Shown here: positions 10,180 through 21,722 of the stretch, piece after piece
Position numbering within the stretch: the stretch's first letter is position 1
How the letters are laid out: every line of letters begins with the position of its first letter
DNA from: Candidatus Oxydemutatoraceae bacterium
GTDB lineage: Bacteria > Pseudomonadota > Gammaproteobacteria > Poriferisulfidales > Oxydemutatoraceae
Assembly (NCBI GenBank): GCA_965220085.1
Contig: CBDCOZ010000003.1
Span: 352,001 to 416,000 of the forward strand
Reading direction: 5' to 3'
DNA: 64,000 nt
Notes under the pieces: model-generated
What the model was told of the DNA's origin: nothing
Database searches by the model: none
What the model saw: the letters and a program-made list of their open reading frames with translations, nothing else
Made by a program: the position numbers and the translations under genes

Positions 10180-11260
10180 TGCATAATGCCAGAAACATTC
10201 TGGATTCTTGGCTTCAACAACAAACGTAGCCGACATGCAATATCAACACATCGGCCACGGCATCAAAGGTTTCTATAAAATAGCTGCTTTTTCAATAGAC
10301 GAGGCAACTATGAGCTATAAAGCAAAACAGAAACTTGAAGCCCTTATATTATGGGAGAACCACAACATAAAAGCCAGCATGGACGCTTACCACATCAGCA
10401 AATCATCGCTCTATGAGTGGCGGAGACAATATCGGCTTTATGGCATTAACGGCTTAATCAATCAGAGCACTTGCCCGCGCCAGCCACGCCGGCGCGACTG
10501 GCCTGAGGAGATTATCGACGAGATTCGGCGACACCGCGAAAACTATCCCTACGGCGCACCCAAGATATACCTGCTGATTCAACCGTGGTGTGACGAGCGC
10601 GGCTTGCGTTGTCCCAAGCCGCGCACCATCGCGCGACTGATTGCCGGCGAAGCCGATAAGATGCGCTGGGTGCCCGCAAAACCGCGTCGGCAACGCACAA
10701 CGCAAAGCAAGCGCAAGCACCGTCTTAAAAAGGGTTCCAAGGCCACGTATCCCGGGTATTGCATCGCTATGGATACCGTGCAACGATTTATTCAAGGTCA
10801 TCGCCGTTATCTGTTCACGGCCGTAGATTTGTATAGCCGGTTTGGTTTTGCTATCGGCGTCCCACGTGGCAACAGCATCGCTGCCGAGTTCTTTATGAAG
10901 TTGGTGATGCAAGTGTTTCCCGCCAAGATAGAGCAAGTGCTCACCGACAACGGCTCCGAATTCTGCGGCGCGTTTGATCGCTGCTTGCAAGAGCAGGGCA
11001 TCCGGCACTGCTACACGTATCCCAAATGTCCGAAGATGAACGCATTCAACGAACGCTTTAACCGCACACTCCAGGAAGAGTTTGTGGAGTTTGAAGAGGG
11101 TTTGTTGCTGACCGATATTCAGGCATTCAATGATCGTATGATAGACTATCTGTCATGGTTTAATACCCAACGACCACACTATGGATTGAGGCTCCAAACA
11201 CCTATGAAACAAATTGCACAACATTTGCCCAAAGTTTCCAATATGTACTGGCATCATACA
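10180..11260 (+). mobile_element. IS481-family-like insertion sequence with 5 bp target duplication GGCGC
   Basis: Imperfect terminal IRs TGCATAATGCCAG / CTGGCATCATACA; GGCGC at 10175-10179 and 11261-11265. Confidence 0.85.
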
Positions 11261-11275
11261 GGCGCTTGCAAATGA
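10235..11275 (+). CDS. DDE transposase (integrase core domain)
   Basis: N-terminal HTH; MDT...VLTDNGSEF...NERFNRTLQEE...RPH; stop codon lies outside the right IR. Confidence 0.93.
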   Translation: MQYQHIGHGIKGFYKIAAFSIDEATMSYKAKQKLEALILWENHNIKASMDAYHISKSSLYEWRRQYRLYGINGLINQSTCPRQPRRRDWPEEIIDEIRRHRENYPYGAPKIYLLIQPWCDERGLRCPKPRTIARLIAGEADKMRWVPAKPRRQRTTQSKRKHRLKKGSKATYPGYCIAMDTVQRFIQGHRRYLFTAVDLYSRFGFAIGVPRGNSIAAEFFMKLVMQVFPAKIEQVLTDNGSEFCGAFDRCLQEQGIRHCYTYPKCPKMNAFNERFNRTLQEEFVEFEEGLLLTDIQAFNDRMIDYLSWFNTQRPHYGLRLQTPMKQIAQHLPKVSNMYWHHTGACK

Positions 11276-11445
11276 TTTGCTTTATGGTATAGTGCGACAT
11301 TCCTTGTAAATTGCGTTTGCTAAACACAGGAGGTACCGGTATTTGCAAATGACTCGCACTTTGTGATAGAACGCGGCGCTAAGAGTACGGCGCTCATTGA
11401 ACAACTGTGTTTTCGAGGTGCGGATTAAACATCGGGAGTAAAACC

Positions 11446-13108
11446 ATGAAAACCATGAAACCTATGAAGCGAAAAATATTTAATACTACCACTTTAATAC
11501 TGACCCCCCCCCCCCCCCCCGCCGCGCTATGTAAGTAAGGGGATTGCGGTCGCCCGGCTGTATCGCCTCGCCACCCGTTTTCTGCCACCATCATATTACA
11601 GATTTGCCACCCGCCGCAGTGCGGTTGCGTTGTCTGGTTGCGCCGGGCTACGGCTTGCGCTGTGGCGACGGCTTGTCGCGCTCTTCGCGCCCGCACTGGC
11701 GGCACCGCCGACTGATAGGGTTGCGACCGGGGCCGCCACGCTCTGCCTGCTGACCCTGGCATTGGGCGCGACACAGGCCAACGCTCAAGCCGCGGACACC
11801 AGCGTTGATGTTGCTATTGGAAGCAGTGGATATGCACTCAAGAAAACAGACTTCGGCGGTTTTGCCAGCCAATCGCTGGTGGTCTACAACCAACCCACTC
11901 ATGGCAGGCTGTTTGATACCACTCTTAGGGAAGACGTGAGGGTGCGAGCGGCAGGGTTTCAATTTAGTGATTTATCTGTATATTTCGCGATCAGTTTCGC
12001 CGATGGAGCCGGGCCTGTCGAATACAGGCCCCCGGCCACTGCCATCTCTGTCGTCAACGGTTATGACAGCTTCATCTTTGAGTTACACGATTCCAACGGC
12101 GATACCACCACGGCCACCATGACCATCGATCTGGTGGGAGCATCCACGCAGATGGCCGCTGGCGGTGCGCCCACAGTGACGGCCGCCATGGGCACCACCG
12201 CCTATAACACTGGCGTGCCGCTCACGGCATCCATAACCGGTGTGACAGACCCCAACGGCATCGATGTCGCCACCCTGAAATGGCAGTGGAAGCAGGCCGA
12301 TGTTACAGGCATTGGCGCCAATGCAATCAGCGCCTACAGCGATATAGCGGGCGCCACTGCCACAGGTGTCACTTCCTCAGGGTTCACGCCGCTTGCCGCA
12401 CAGGCGGGCAAGTACCTGCGGGTTTGCGCTTCGTTCATGGATCAGTTTTCCACCCCCGCATCCGCGGTGCGATGCAGCACTGGCGTGCTGGTGACCAATG
12501 TGCCTTTCTTTGGCGATGCCTCGGTAGATAATCAGGTTTGGGTGACTGGCACGGCCATCACCGACCTGATTCTGCCTGCGGCGACCGGCGGCAATGGCGC
12601 TGTCACCTACAGCCTGACTCCGTCCCTGCCCGCGGGCCTCAGTTTCACCGCAGCCACCCGCACCATCAGCGGTGCCCCTGCCGCTACGGTCGCCAAGACC
12701 ACCTACACCTACGCCGCCACCGATACCGACGGCGATACGAATACGCTGACCTTCCGCATAGAGGCCGCCGTCAATGCGGTACCAGCCTTTGCCGCCAATG
12801 CCGCCATCGCCGAGCAGACTTGGCTTACCGGCACAGCCATCACCGCCCTGACCCTGCCTGCGGCTACCGGCGGCAATGGCACTTTGACCTATGCCCTGAC
12901 CCCGGCGCTGCCTGCGGGCCTAAGTCTTGATGCCGCCACCCGCACCATCAGCGGCACACCTACGGCAGCGCCGCAGAGCAACTATACCTGGACGGTAGCG
13001 GATGCCGACAACAACACTGCGGACACCGATGCGGCCAGCCTGACTTTCAGCGTCATCTCAAATCTGCGCTTGCGGTTGCGCCTCTTTCTTGAGGGCCCGC
13101 TACGATAG
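11446..13108 (+). CDS. Secreted Ig-like surface protein 2 with LRLRLRLFLEGPLR tail; frameshifted (OFF) at a C17 tract
   Basis: ATG 11446 is homologous to ATG 8197; C17 at 11504-11520 leads to TAA at 11536-11538; the paralog-like frame (PRYVSKGIAV...) resumes at 11522 and continues into ORF 11630-13108. Confidence 0.82.
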
Positions 13109-13165
13109 CGCGGGTGACCTGCGGAGCAGGGGAGTGTCGCGGGGCGCAAGGGGGTGAGGATACAA

Positions 13166-13383
13166 ATGAACGCATTCAATGAACGCTTGTCACCTCTTCG
13201 GGAAGCGTTTGTGGAATTGAAGCGGGTGTGTTGCTGACGACCTGCGGACATTCCGCGATCGTCGGGAGACTATCCGCTATGGTTTGACACCCCCGCGAGG
13301 GGATTACACTGCCAAAGCTCCCAGCGCCCGTGACACGGCACAACATCTGCCCCCGTGTCCGCTATGTCTTGGCTCCTGCGACA
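13166..13383 (+). mobile_element. Degenerate right-half remnant of the IS481-like element
   Basis: ATGAACGCATTCAATGAACGCTT, GTTTGTGGA, TGTTGCTGAC, GACTATC, GCACAACAT(C/T)TGCCC and TCC..TATGT..TGGC are colinear with 11036-11260. Confidence 0.8.
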
Positions 13384-13446
13384 CCTTGTATAAGCGGATA
13401 AATCGGGTACACTTTGCTCTTGATACTCGCCTCGTGCAACCATATT

Positions 13447-14973
13447 GTGAACAACCGCGTTAAAAAAACATTGCTGATTATTGTGGACGGTTTCGGCATC
13501 AGCCCCGGCAAGACGAACAATGCGGCTTATCTCGCCGACACGCCGAATCTGGACAAACTATTCGCGCACTATTCGCATACCCAACTCGAGGCTTCGGGCA
13601 CGGCGGTCGGTCTGCCGCCCGGACAGATTGGCAACTCCGAAGTCGGGCACATCACGATGGGTTGCGGTTGCGTGATTGAGCAGGATTTGATGCGGATAAA
13701 CCGGGCGATAGAAGACGGTCGCTTTTTTGATAACCCTTCGCTGACGTTTACGATTAAGAATGCGAAAGAAAGCGACCGTCCGGTTCACTTGCTCGGGCTG
13801 GTCTCCGACGGCGGCGTGCATTCTCATGTCCGCCACTTGCTGGCGCTGATTGAGTTGGTGCGACAACACGGCTGCCGCCCGCTGCTGCACATGATTACCG
13901 ACGGGCGCGATACCCCTCCGCGATGCGCGCGGCAATTCGTTGAACAGGTCGAACCGGCGCTGGCGCAAGCCGGCGGCGGTATCGCAACGATATGCGGGCG
14001 CTATTATGCGATGGATCGCGATCACAGATGGGAGCGAACCGAGAAGGTGTGGCGGGTGTTGGCGCGCGGCGAGGGCGAGCGGGCGGCCTCTGCGACAGCG
14101 GCGATTGAACGATCGTATGCCGCCGATACCGGCGATGAATTTATTCTGCCGACGGTGTTGCCCGCGGCGCAGGCCCTGCGCGGGGACGATCAGGTCATCC
14201 TGTTTAACTTCCGCAATGATCGCCCGCGTCAGTTGGTAAAGGCCTTGACGGTGAGCGCGTTTGACGAGTTTGACCAGGGGGGATGGGACACGGTTCGGGT
14301 GACGACGATGACAGAGATCGACGGCAAGTTTCCTTGTCTGATCGCTTTTGCTCCGGTGCGCCCTAAAACCACGCTGGCGAAAGTCATAAGCGATGCCGGG
14401 CTGAAGCAGTTCCATTGTTCGGAGACCGAGAAATATCCGCATATCACCTTCTTTTTCAACGGCGGCATGGAAGAGCCGTTGCCCGGCGAACAACGCAAAC
14501 TGATACCGTCGCCGAAGGTCGCAACCTATGACCTTGCGCCGGAAATGAGCGCGGCGGAGGTGGCCGATGCCGTGATCGGCGCGTTGCAAGATACGACCAT
14601 GTCTTTTGTCGTGACCAACTTTGCCAATGCCGATATGGTCGGGCATACCGCCGTGCCCGATCCGATTATCAAAGCGGTTGAGACGGTGGACACCCAAGTC
14701 GGGCGAGTGGTCGAGGCCGCTCTTGCGCACGGTTGGACGACGCTGTTGACCGCCGACCATGGCAACTGCGATGAGATGCTGGATCCTGTGACGCAGCAAC
14801 CGAATACCTGCCACACGTCAAACCCGGTGCCGTGCCTGATTATCAGCGAAGAGAAAGTGCCGCCTCTTGCAAGCGGCTACAACATCGGCAGTGTCGCCCC
14901 GACCGTGCTGGACTTGATGGGGCTGGATATTCCGCAGGAAATGGAAGCGCCGTCGGTGCTCGTTGCCGAGTGA
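13447..14973 (+). CDS. gpmI: 2,3-bisphosphoglycerate-independent phosphoglycerate mutase
   Basis: DGFG, GNSEVGH, SDGGVHSH, TDGRD, GRYYAMDRD, ETEKYPH, DMVGHT, TADHGN. Confidence 0.97.
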   Translation: MNNRVKKTLLIIVDGFGISPGKTNNAAYLADTPNLDKLFAHYSHTQLEASGTAVGLPPGQIGNSEVGHITMGCGCVIEQDLMRINRAIEDGRFFDNPSLTFTIKNAKESDRPVHLLGLVSDGGVHSHVRHLLALIELVRQHGCRPLLHMITDGRDTPPRCARQFVEQVEPALAQAGGGIATICGRYYAMDRDHRWERTEKVWRVLARGEGERAASATAAIERSYAADTGDEFILPTVLPAAQALRGDDQVILFNFRNDRPRQLVKALTVSAFDEFDQGGWDTVRVTTMTEIDGKFPCLIAFAPVRPKTTLAKVISDAGLKQFHCSETEKYPHITFFFNGGMEEPLPGEQRKLIPSPKVATYDLAPEMSAAEVADAVIGALQDTTMSFVVTNFANADMVGHTAVPDPIIKAVETVDTQVGRVVEAALAHGWTTLLTADHGNCDEMLDPVTQQPNTCHTSNPVPCLIISEEKVPPLASGYNIGSVAPTVLDLMGLDIPQEMEAPSVLVAE

Positions 14974-15572
14974 GCCCGCTTTATCTGCGCTATTGTGCCG
15001 AGGCTTTGCGGATATGGCGGCGCAACTCTGTGCTGATGCGGCTTAGCGGATAGCCTTTGCGGATGGGAATCAGGGCCTCGCCTTTGGTGACTGTTGCTTG
15101 GTAGGCCCTGCGTAACCGCCTTCTCGTTGCGGGGGGATATTCCGCAGGAAATGGAAGCGCCGTCGGCGCTCGTTGCCGAGTGAGCCTGCGCTTTATCTGT
15201 GCAATCTATTGTGCCGAGGCTTTGCGGATATGGCGGCGCAGTTCTGTGCTGATGCGGCTTAGCGGATAGCCTTTGCGGATGGGAATCAAGGCCTCGCCTT
15301 TGGTGACTGTTGCTTTGTAGGCCCTTTGCAACCGCCTTCTCGTTGCGGGAGGATATTCCGCAGGAAATGGAAGCGCCGTCGGCGCTCGTTGCCGAGTGAG
15401 CCCGCTTTATCTGTGCAATCTATTGTGCCGAGGCTTTGCGGATATGGCGGCGCAGTTCTGTGCTGATGCGGCTTAGCGGATAGCCCTTGCGGATGGGAAT
15501 CAGGGCCTTGCCTTTGGTGACTGTTGCTTGGTAGGCCGCTCGCAACCGCCTTCTCGTTGCGGGAGGATATTC
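14925..15572. repeat. Tandem array, 3 x 210-216 bp; unit = gpmI 3' end + 3' end of the convergent gene
   Basis: GGATATTC at 14925, 15135, 15351, 15565; this 8 bp microhomology is present in both parent genes. Confidence 0.95.
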
Positions 15573-16106
15573 TTTGAAGTCGTCGAGCAGTTTCCGCTTG
15601 ATGTTGCCTTCTACTTCGATTCCCCGTTGTCCGAAACCCAAGAATTCTCTGTTCACGTCTGTTATCTCTAGATCGCGAAAGTAAATTCGGTGTTTCACTT
15701 CGGGGCAAATTTCTCTGCGCGTTTCTATCTTGTGCGCATCCGCCTGTATGCATAGCGCGTCCGTATAGCCGAGCCAGGCGGCGGTCAATTCTTTGTCGCG
15801 CCCTTCGACCGCCGCTTTGAGCAGCGTGCGTTCTTGCTTGCGCTCGTCGGCTTCTTTGTCCCGCCTGCGGTCGGGCATCGCATCGTAGGCCCGATAGCGC
15901 GAAGCGTCGCCCGCTCCCGCGCCGGAAGCCTCTTTGCACAGCGCTGTGACTTGCCCGCGGGTCAGGCCCTTTTGCAGGTAGTAATTGACATCGGCGCGAG
16001 AACATTTTGCTTGGGCGGTTGCGCACAGCGCGAGCAAACCCGCAAGCAGCAGGGCGGCGGAGATTATTTTCAAAGTGTTATATCGGGAAAGCATGACCAT
16101 ATTCAT
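15420..16106 (-). CDS. Hypothetical exported protein
   Basis: Signal peptide (IISAALLLAGLLALCATAQA-K), Cys pairs; family not recognised; start uncertain. Confidence 0.7.
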   Translation of the reverse strand: MNMVMLSRYNTLKIISAALLLAGLLALCATAQAKCSRADVNYYLQKGLTRGQVTALCKEASGAGAGDASRYRAYDAMPDRRRDKEADERKQERTLLKAAVEGRDKELTAAWLGYTDALCIQADAHKIETRREICPEVKHRIYFRDLEITDVNREFLGFGQRGIEVEGNIKRKLLDDFKEYPPATRRRLRAAYQATVTKGKALIPIRKGYPLSRISTELRRHIRKASAQ

Positions 16107-16288
16107 TCGCAACGGAAACGGTATTTTACTCCAGTCTGCGCCATTTGCCTTGCTTTGCAAGGTCGTTTCTCCGCCGCTGGCAGGGGGGGCGGGCGGGCGC
16201 GTAATCTCCCGCGCCCGAAGCGGTGTTTCTTTGCCGCTGGCGCACGGGGCGGGCTATGTCATACAATAAGAGCGGAGTTTTATCCGAT

Positions 16289-17407
16289 ATGATGAGCATC
16301 AAACAAACTTGGAAACAAACTCGGCGGAGTCTCGGCGCTATCGCGATTGGCGTTTTCTGCGCACTGCCGGTTGTCGCGCAACCGCCGGGCGTCAAAGGCG
16401 GGAAGATGCCGGCGGTGTCGGTGATAGTCGCCGATGTTGCCGAGAGCGATGTGCGGGGGCGGGTGTGGTATAGCGGCAGTTTGCAAAGCCGCAATGAAGC
16501 GACGCTGGCGTCGGAGAGCGACGGCGCTATCGTGGATATCGCCGAAGTCGGGGATTATTTCTCCGCGGGCGAGGTGATCGCGCAGTTGGACGATGTCCTG
16601 ATGCGGCATACGCTGGCGGAATATTATTCCGATATAAAACAGAGCGAGGCAAAGATAAAGTTTCTGCGAGACGAGGCCGCGCGTCTGAAGCAGTTGGCCA
16701 AACAAAATAATATCGCGCGCAGCGAGTTTGAGCAGGCCGAATCCGATCGGGATGCGGAGATGGCACAACTGGAGGCGGCGCAAGCGCGCGCCGCTCTGAT
16801 GGAAGAGAAGATCAAACGCATGCAGATTAAAGCGCCGTTTGAAGGCGTGATCAGCACGCGCCACGCCAGCAAAGGCGAGTGGCTCGGCGCGGGTGATCCG
16901 GCGCTCGATCTCGTCAGCCTGCGACAACTGGAGGCGGTGGTCAGAATATCGGCGGACGAACTGCCTTTTGTGTCGCGGGGGAATGCGCTCAATCTGACGA
17001 TAAACAATGTGCAAGACCCGATGTCCGATGTGACGCAGGCGACTGTGCGCACGGTCGTGCCGGTCGGCGACAGACAGTCGCGGTTGTTTGAGGTGCGTCT
17101 TGACCCGCCCGCGGGCTTTGGTTTGCCCGGTCAGGCGGTGCGGGCGGAAGTGCCGGTCTCCGAGCCGCGCACCAAACTCACCGTGCCGGAAGATGCGCTC
17201 GTCATTCGCGGTTCCGGTATCAGCGTGTTTCGGGTGGATGACTCTATGACGGCGCGCCGGATTCCGGTGCGCACCGGCGCATCGTATCAGGGGCGGGTGG
17301 AGGTAAACGGCACCCTGAAGCCCGGGGATAAAGTCGTTGTCAGAGGCGGCGAGCGGTTGCGCGACGGCTTGCCGGTGCGTCTGACACAGCCGCGCAAGCC
17401 GCAGTGA
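16289..17407 (+). CDS. RND efflux periplasmic adaptor (MFP) subunit
   Basis: Lipoyl/hairpin architecture, IKAPFEGVI, VPEDAL, GDKVVVRG; GTGA overlap with the RND gene. Confidence 0.92.
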   Translation: MMSIKQTWKQTRRSLGAIAIGVFCALPVVAQPPGVKGGKMPAVSVIVADVAESDVRGRVWYSGSLQSRNEATLASESDGAIVDIAEVGDYFSAGEVIAQLDDVLMRHTLAEYYSDIKQSEAKIKFLRDEAARLKQLAKQNNIARSEFEQAESDRDAEMAQLEAAQARAALMEEKIKRMQIKAPFEGVISTRHASKGEWLGAGDPALDLVSLRQLEAVVRISADELPFVSRGNALNLTINNVQDPMSDVTQATVRTVVPVGDRQSRLFEVRLDPPAGFGLPGQAVRAEVPVSEPRTKLTVPEDALVIRGSGISVFRVDDSMTARRIPVRTGASYQGRVEVNGTLKPGDKVVVRGGERLRDGLPVRLTQPRKPQ

Positions 17408-20400
17408 AGTTAGCCGCCGCTTTTCTTGAAAACCGGGTCGCGGCGTACTCCTGCATCCTGCTGGTTCTGATCTTTGGTTCTATCACGCTGTATAAATTGC
17501 CGGTGCAACTGACGCCGGAGGTGCAGAAGCCGGAGATTACGGTCACGACGAATTGGCGGGCGGCGAACCCCGAAGAGATTGAATCCGAGATCGTGGAGCC
17601 GCAGGAGGATGCGCTCAAAGGTTTGCCCGGGATGACGCGCATGGTGTCGACGTCGCAGCGCGGCAGCGGCACAATCAACCTCAGTTTTGACCTTGATATC
17701 AGCGTGGATCGGGCGCTGATAGAGGTGGTGAACCGCTTAAACCGGGTGCCGTCTTATCCGACCGATGCCGATAATCCGATCCTGAGCAATGTCGGCGAAT
17801 CGGCGCGACCGATCGCCTGGTTCATCATCCGTCCGGCGCCCGGCAACGACAGCGACATCACGGCGTACCGCCGCATGATCGAGGAAACCGTGCAGCGGCG
17901 GTTTGAGCGCGTCTATGGCGTCGCGTTGTCGGAAGTGCGCGGCGCGATGGAGCGCGAGTTGCGGATTACGGTAGACCCGTATCTCGCCGCCGCCCGCGGC
18001 ATCGTGTTGCCCGCGGCGGTGGAAAAGGTCGCGGGCATGGCGGATATTTCCGGCGGCGACAAGGACATCGGCAAGCGCAGTTACAGCATCCGCTTCCGCG
18101 GCAAATACGACCCGCGCGAACTCGGCGATATGGTGCTCGACTGGCGCGATGAGAAGCCGGTCAAGTTGCGCGACATCGCCCGAGTGGAAGTGCTTCCGCA
18201 AGACTCCAATACGTTTGTGATTACCAAGACCGGCACCTCGCTTGCGGTCAATGCGTATCGCGAATCCGGCGTCAATGTCATCACGACGATGAACAAACTC
18301 AAGCAGGCGATGGACGAATTGGCGAGGGGGCCGCTGGCGCAGGCCGGGCTGACGGCGGAGCATGTTTTTGACGAGACGATCTACATCAAGGAGGCGATTA
18401 CCTTGTTGTTCGGCAATCTGGCGATCGGCATTTTTCTTGCCGGCATCGTGCTGTGGTGGTTCACCCGCCGCCTGCGGCCGATGTTCATCGTCAGTGTCAG
18501 CATTCCGGTATCGTTGTTTGCCGCGTTGGTCGTGTTGGAACTGACCGGGCGCACGCTCAACACGATCTCGCTTGCCGCGCTCGCTTTGTCGGTCGGGATG
18601 ATACTGGATGCGTCTATCATCGTGGTTGAGAATATTCTGCGCTTGCGCGGGCAGGGCAAGCCGATAGCCGAGGCGGCGTTGCAGGGGATGACGCAGACGA
18701 GGATGGCGCTCATCGCATCGGTGACGACGACCGTCGCTATCTTTCTGCCGATCGTGTGGATGGAAAACGAGGCCGGGCAGCTGTTTGCCGATCTGGCGGT
18801 CGCGCTGTCGGGGGGGATTATCATGTCGTTGCTCACCGCGCTGTTTTTGGTGCCGAGTTTTGGCAACCGCTGGCTGGGCGATAAGCAGATCGTTGATCCG
18901 TATAAAGAAACTTGGCTGCGCTTGGCGCGGCGGCTGATGCGGCTGACCGCAACGCCGGCGCGCCGGCGCGCGCTGATCGCGGGATTGTTGTCCGTGCCTT
19001 TGGTCATCACCGTGTTGGCGATGCCGAAGGCGGATTACCTGCCGACCGGCAATCGCAATCTCGTCTTTTCAATCCTGCTGCCGCCGCCGGGGATGAATAT
19101 TGAGACGATGAAGACCGAGATAGGGGATGTGATCGCCGAGAAACTGCGACCGCATGTCAGAGGGGAGGTCTTCCCGCAGGTCAAGCATTACTTTTTTGTC
19201 GCGTTTACCGGACAGGCTTTTATGGGCGCGCGGGCGGCGAATCCTGAGGACTCGGACGCCTTGGTTCCCCTGCTGAATAACTTGTTCCGTGACTTTCCCG
19301 ATGTCCTCGCCTTTGCCCGCCGCGCATCGTTGTTCAGCCAGGGCAATATCCGCTCCATCGACATTGACATACAAGGGCAGGATATTGAGTCCTTGCTCAA
19401 CGCCGCCCGCGCCGGTTACGGGGCGATCATGCAAGCGCTTCCGGGCGCGCGGGTACAGCCGCGTCCGGGTCTGGAGCTTTCCGACCCGCAGTTGACGCTC
19501 AAGCCGAATGAGGAACGGCTTGCCGAAGTCAGTTGGGACCGCGCTTCGCTCGGCATGATTTCGCGCGCCGTCGGCGACGGCTTGTTTGTGACGGATTATT
19601 TTGACGGTCAGAAGAAAATTGATGTCATAGCGCGCATAGAGGGGTGGGACACGCCCGATGAGTTGGCGTCTCTGCCGCTGGTCACGCCGAACGGCGCGCT
19701 CTCGCCGCTGGGACAATTGGTGCGCATTGAACGCACGGCGGGGCCGGATAAAATCCGCCGCCTCAACCGTCTGCGCACGGTGACTCTGGAAGTCACGCCG
19801 CCGCCGACGTTGCCTTTGCAACAGGCCATATCCGTTTTGCGCGAGAAGGTCGAGCCGGTGTTGCGCAGCCAACTGCCGCCCAATACGGCGGTCGGTTATG
19901 GCGGCAGCGCGAGCGACCTCGATGTCGCGTTGGCCAATATGGCGGGTATCTTCGCGCTGGCGATCATCATTTTGTATCTTTTGATATCGGTCATATTCCG
20001 TTCTTTCAAAGACGGCACATTGATCGTGATCAGTTTGCCGCTTGCGACTTTCGGCAGCGTGCTATTGCTGTCGGGCATGAACCTGTTCGTATTCCAGCCG
20101 CTTGATCTTTTGACCATGATAGGGTTTGTCATCATGCTCGGTTTGGTGGTCAACAATGCCATCCTGCTTGTGCATCAGGCGCGCGAAGCGGAGCGCGCGG
20201 GGCTCGATCGCGCCGCTGCGGTCGAGCAGGCATTGCAGATACGCCTGCGCCCGATCGCCATCAGCACATTGACCAGCCTGTTCGGCATGTTGCCGCTGCT
20301 GCTTTCCCCGGGCGCCGGCGCCGAGCTCTATCGGGGCTTGGCGGCGGTCATCGTCGGCGGGCTTGCGGTCAGCGCGATATTTACCGTGGTGCTGTTGCCC

Positions 20401-20457
20401 GCGTTGTTGCGTATCGGCGAAAAGCCGCAAGCGAGCGGCGCGGTTGCGGACGGCTAG
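17404..20457 (+). CDS. RND efflux permease (AcrB/AcrD/AcrF family)
   Basis: 1017 aa; [34 protein letters not shown]. Confidence 0.95.
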   Translation: MKLAAAFLENRVAAYSCILLVLIFGSITLYKLPVQLTPEVQKPEITVTTNWRAANPEEIESEIVEPQEDALKGLPGMTRMVSTSQRGSGTINLSFDLDISVDRALIEVVNRLNRVPSYPTDADNPILSNVGESARPIAWFIIRPAPGNDSDITAYRRMIEETVQRRFERVYGVALSEVRGAMERELRITVDPYLAAARGIVLPAAVEKVAGMADISGGDKDIGKRSYSIRFRGKYDPRELGDMVLDWRDEKPVKLRDIARVEVLPQDSNTFVITKTGTSLAVNAYRESGVNVITTMNKLKQAMDELARGPLAQAGLTAEHVFDETIYIKEAITLLFGNLAIGIFLAGIVLWWFTRRLRPMFIVSVSIPVSLFAALVVLELTGRTLNTISLAALALSVGMILDASIIVVENILRLRGQGKPIAEAALQGMTQTRMALIASVTTTVAIFLPIVWMENEAGQLFADLAVALSGGIIMSLLTALFLVPSFGNRWLGDKQIVDPYKETWLRLARRLMRLTATPARRRALIAGLLSVPLVITVLAMPKADYLPTGNRNLVFSILLPPPGMNIETMKTEIGDVIAEKLRPHVRGEVFPQVKHYFFVAFTGQAFMGARAANPEDSDALVPLLNNLFRDFPDVLAFARRASLFSQGNIRSIDIDIQGQDIESLLNAARAGYGAIMQALPGARVQPRPGLELSDPQLTLKPNEERLAEVSWDRASLGMISRAVGDGLFVTDYFDGQKKIDVIARIEGWDTPDELASLPLVTPNGALSPLGQLVRIERTAGPDKIRRLNRLRTVTLEVTPPPTLPLQQAISVLREKVEPVLRSQLPPNTAVGYGGSASDLDVALANMAGIFALAIIILYLLISVIFRSFKDGTLIVISLPLATFGSVLLLSGMNLFVFQPLDLLTMIGFVIMLGLVVNNAILLVHQAREAERAGLDRAAAVEQALQIRLRPIAISTLTSLFGMLPLLLSPGAGAELYRGLAAVIVGGLAVSAIFTVVLLPALLRIGEKPQASGAVADG

Positions 20458-20564
20458 GGGTTGCCCGCCCGCCGCCGTGTTCGGTCGCGCGCCATCGTCT
20501 TGCCGATAAAAGCGGCACAACTTGGTATAATTACGGTCTTGTTCGTCAAGTAAGAGGTGTGCAG

Positions 20565-21722
20565 ATGCCGGAAAAAATTCCAGCCGATTCGGTCGGCATA
20601 GTAGAGCCCCAAGCGCGGCGTTTTGCTCAAAGCCTGACCCTTGAATGCGGAGCGACCCTTCCCGAGTTTGCGCTTGCCTACGAAACCTACGGCGAGTTGA
20701 ATGCCGATAAGTCCAACGCCATACTGATATGCCACGCTTTGTCGAGCGATCAGCACGCGGCGGGCTATCACGATATGCGCGATCGCAAACCGGGCTGGTG
20801 GGAAGTGTGCATAGGCCCGGGCAAACCTTTTGACACCGACAAGTTCTTTGTCATCTGCCCGAACAATATCGGCGGCTGCAAGGGCAGCACCGGCCCCAAT
20901 ACGATCGACCCGGTCACCGGCCGACACTACGCCGGCAAGTTTCCGATCGTGACCGTCAAGGACTGGATCAAGAGCCAGAGTATGCTCGCCGACGCGTTTG
21001 GCATTGAGCGTTGGGCGGCGGTTATCGGCGGCAGCCTCGGCGGCATGCAGGCGATGCAGTGGGCGATTGACTTCCCCGACCGTCTGCGCCATGCGGTGGT
21101 GATTGCCGCCGCCCCCAAACTGTCGGCGCAGAATATCGCTTTTAATGAGGTCGCGCGGCAGGCTATCGTATCCGACCCCGATTTTATGGACGGCAATTTC
21201 TATGGCCGACCGGCGCCGCGCAAGGGCATGATGCTCGCGCGTATGCTGGGACACATCACCTATCTTTCGGAGGATGAGATGCGCGATAAATTCGGGCGCG
21301 AATTGAAACAGCAGGGGGAACAGCCGGGCTTTAGTTTTGATGTCGAGTTTCAGGTTGAGAGTTATCTGCGTTATCAGGGCGAGTCCTTCGTCGACCGCTT
21401 TGATGCCAACACCTATCTGCGCATGACCAAGGCGCTGGATTATTTTGATCCCGCCGCCGGCTTTGACGGGGATTTGACCGCCGCGTTCGCCGCCGCCAAG
21501 GCAAAATTCTTGGTCGTATCGTTTACGACCGACTGGCGTTTTGCGCCGTCGCGGTCGGAGGAGATCGTCAACGCATTGTTGCAGGCCGGCCGGTCGGTCA
21601 GTTACTGCGAGGTCAAATCGTCGTCGGGACACGATGCGTTTCTCAAATACGACCGCCAGTATATCGCGTTGCTCCATGCGCACATGAATCAAATTTTGCG
21701 GGATATTTCCGATGCGCCTTGA
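20565..21722 (+). CDS. metX: Homoserine O-succinyl/acetyltransferase
   Basis: [31 protein letters not shown]; followed by metW. Confidence 0.95.
   Translation: MPEKIPADSVGIVEPQARRFAQSLTLECGATLPEFALAYETYGELNADKSNAILICHALSSDQHAAGYHDMRDRKPGWWEVCIGPGKPFDTDKFFVICPNNIGGCKGSTGPNTIDPVTGRHYAGKFPIVTVKDWIKSQSMLADAFGIERWAAVIGGSLGGMQAMQWAIDFPDRLRHAVVIAAAPKLSAQNIAFNEVARQAIVSDPDFMDGNFYGRPAPRKGMMLARMLGHITYLSEDEMRDKFGRELKQQGEQPGFSFDVEFQVESYLRYQGESFVDRFDANTYLRMTKALDYFDPAAGFDGDLTAAFAAAKAKFLVVSFTTDWRFAPSRSEEIVNALLQAGRSVSYCEVKSSSGHDAFLKYDRQYIALLHAHMNQILRDISDAP

Noticed and set aside
8197-13108. Diversity-generating retroelement acting on the surface proteins
   Set aside because: No reverse transcriptase in the window and no template/variable repeat pair with adenine-specific mismatches.
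7904-13140. Integron cassette array
   Set aside because: No integron integrase and no attC-like RYYYAAC/GTTRRRY structure; genes carry their own upstream regions.
16289-20457. RND pair without an outer-membrane factor gene
   Set aside because: Common; a TolC-like channel encoded elsewhere is typically shared.
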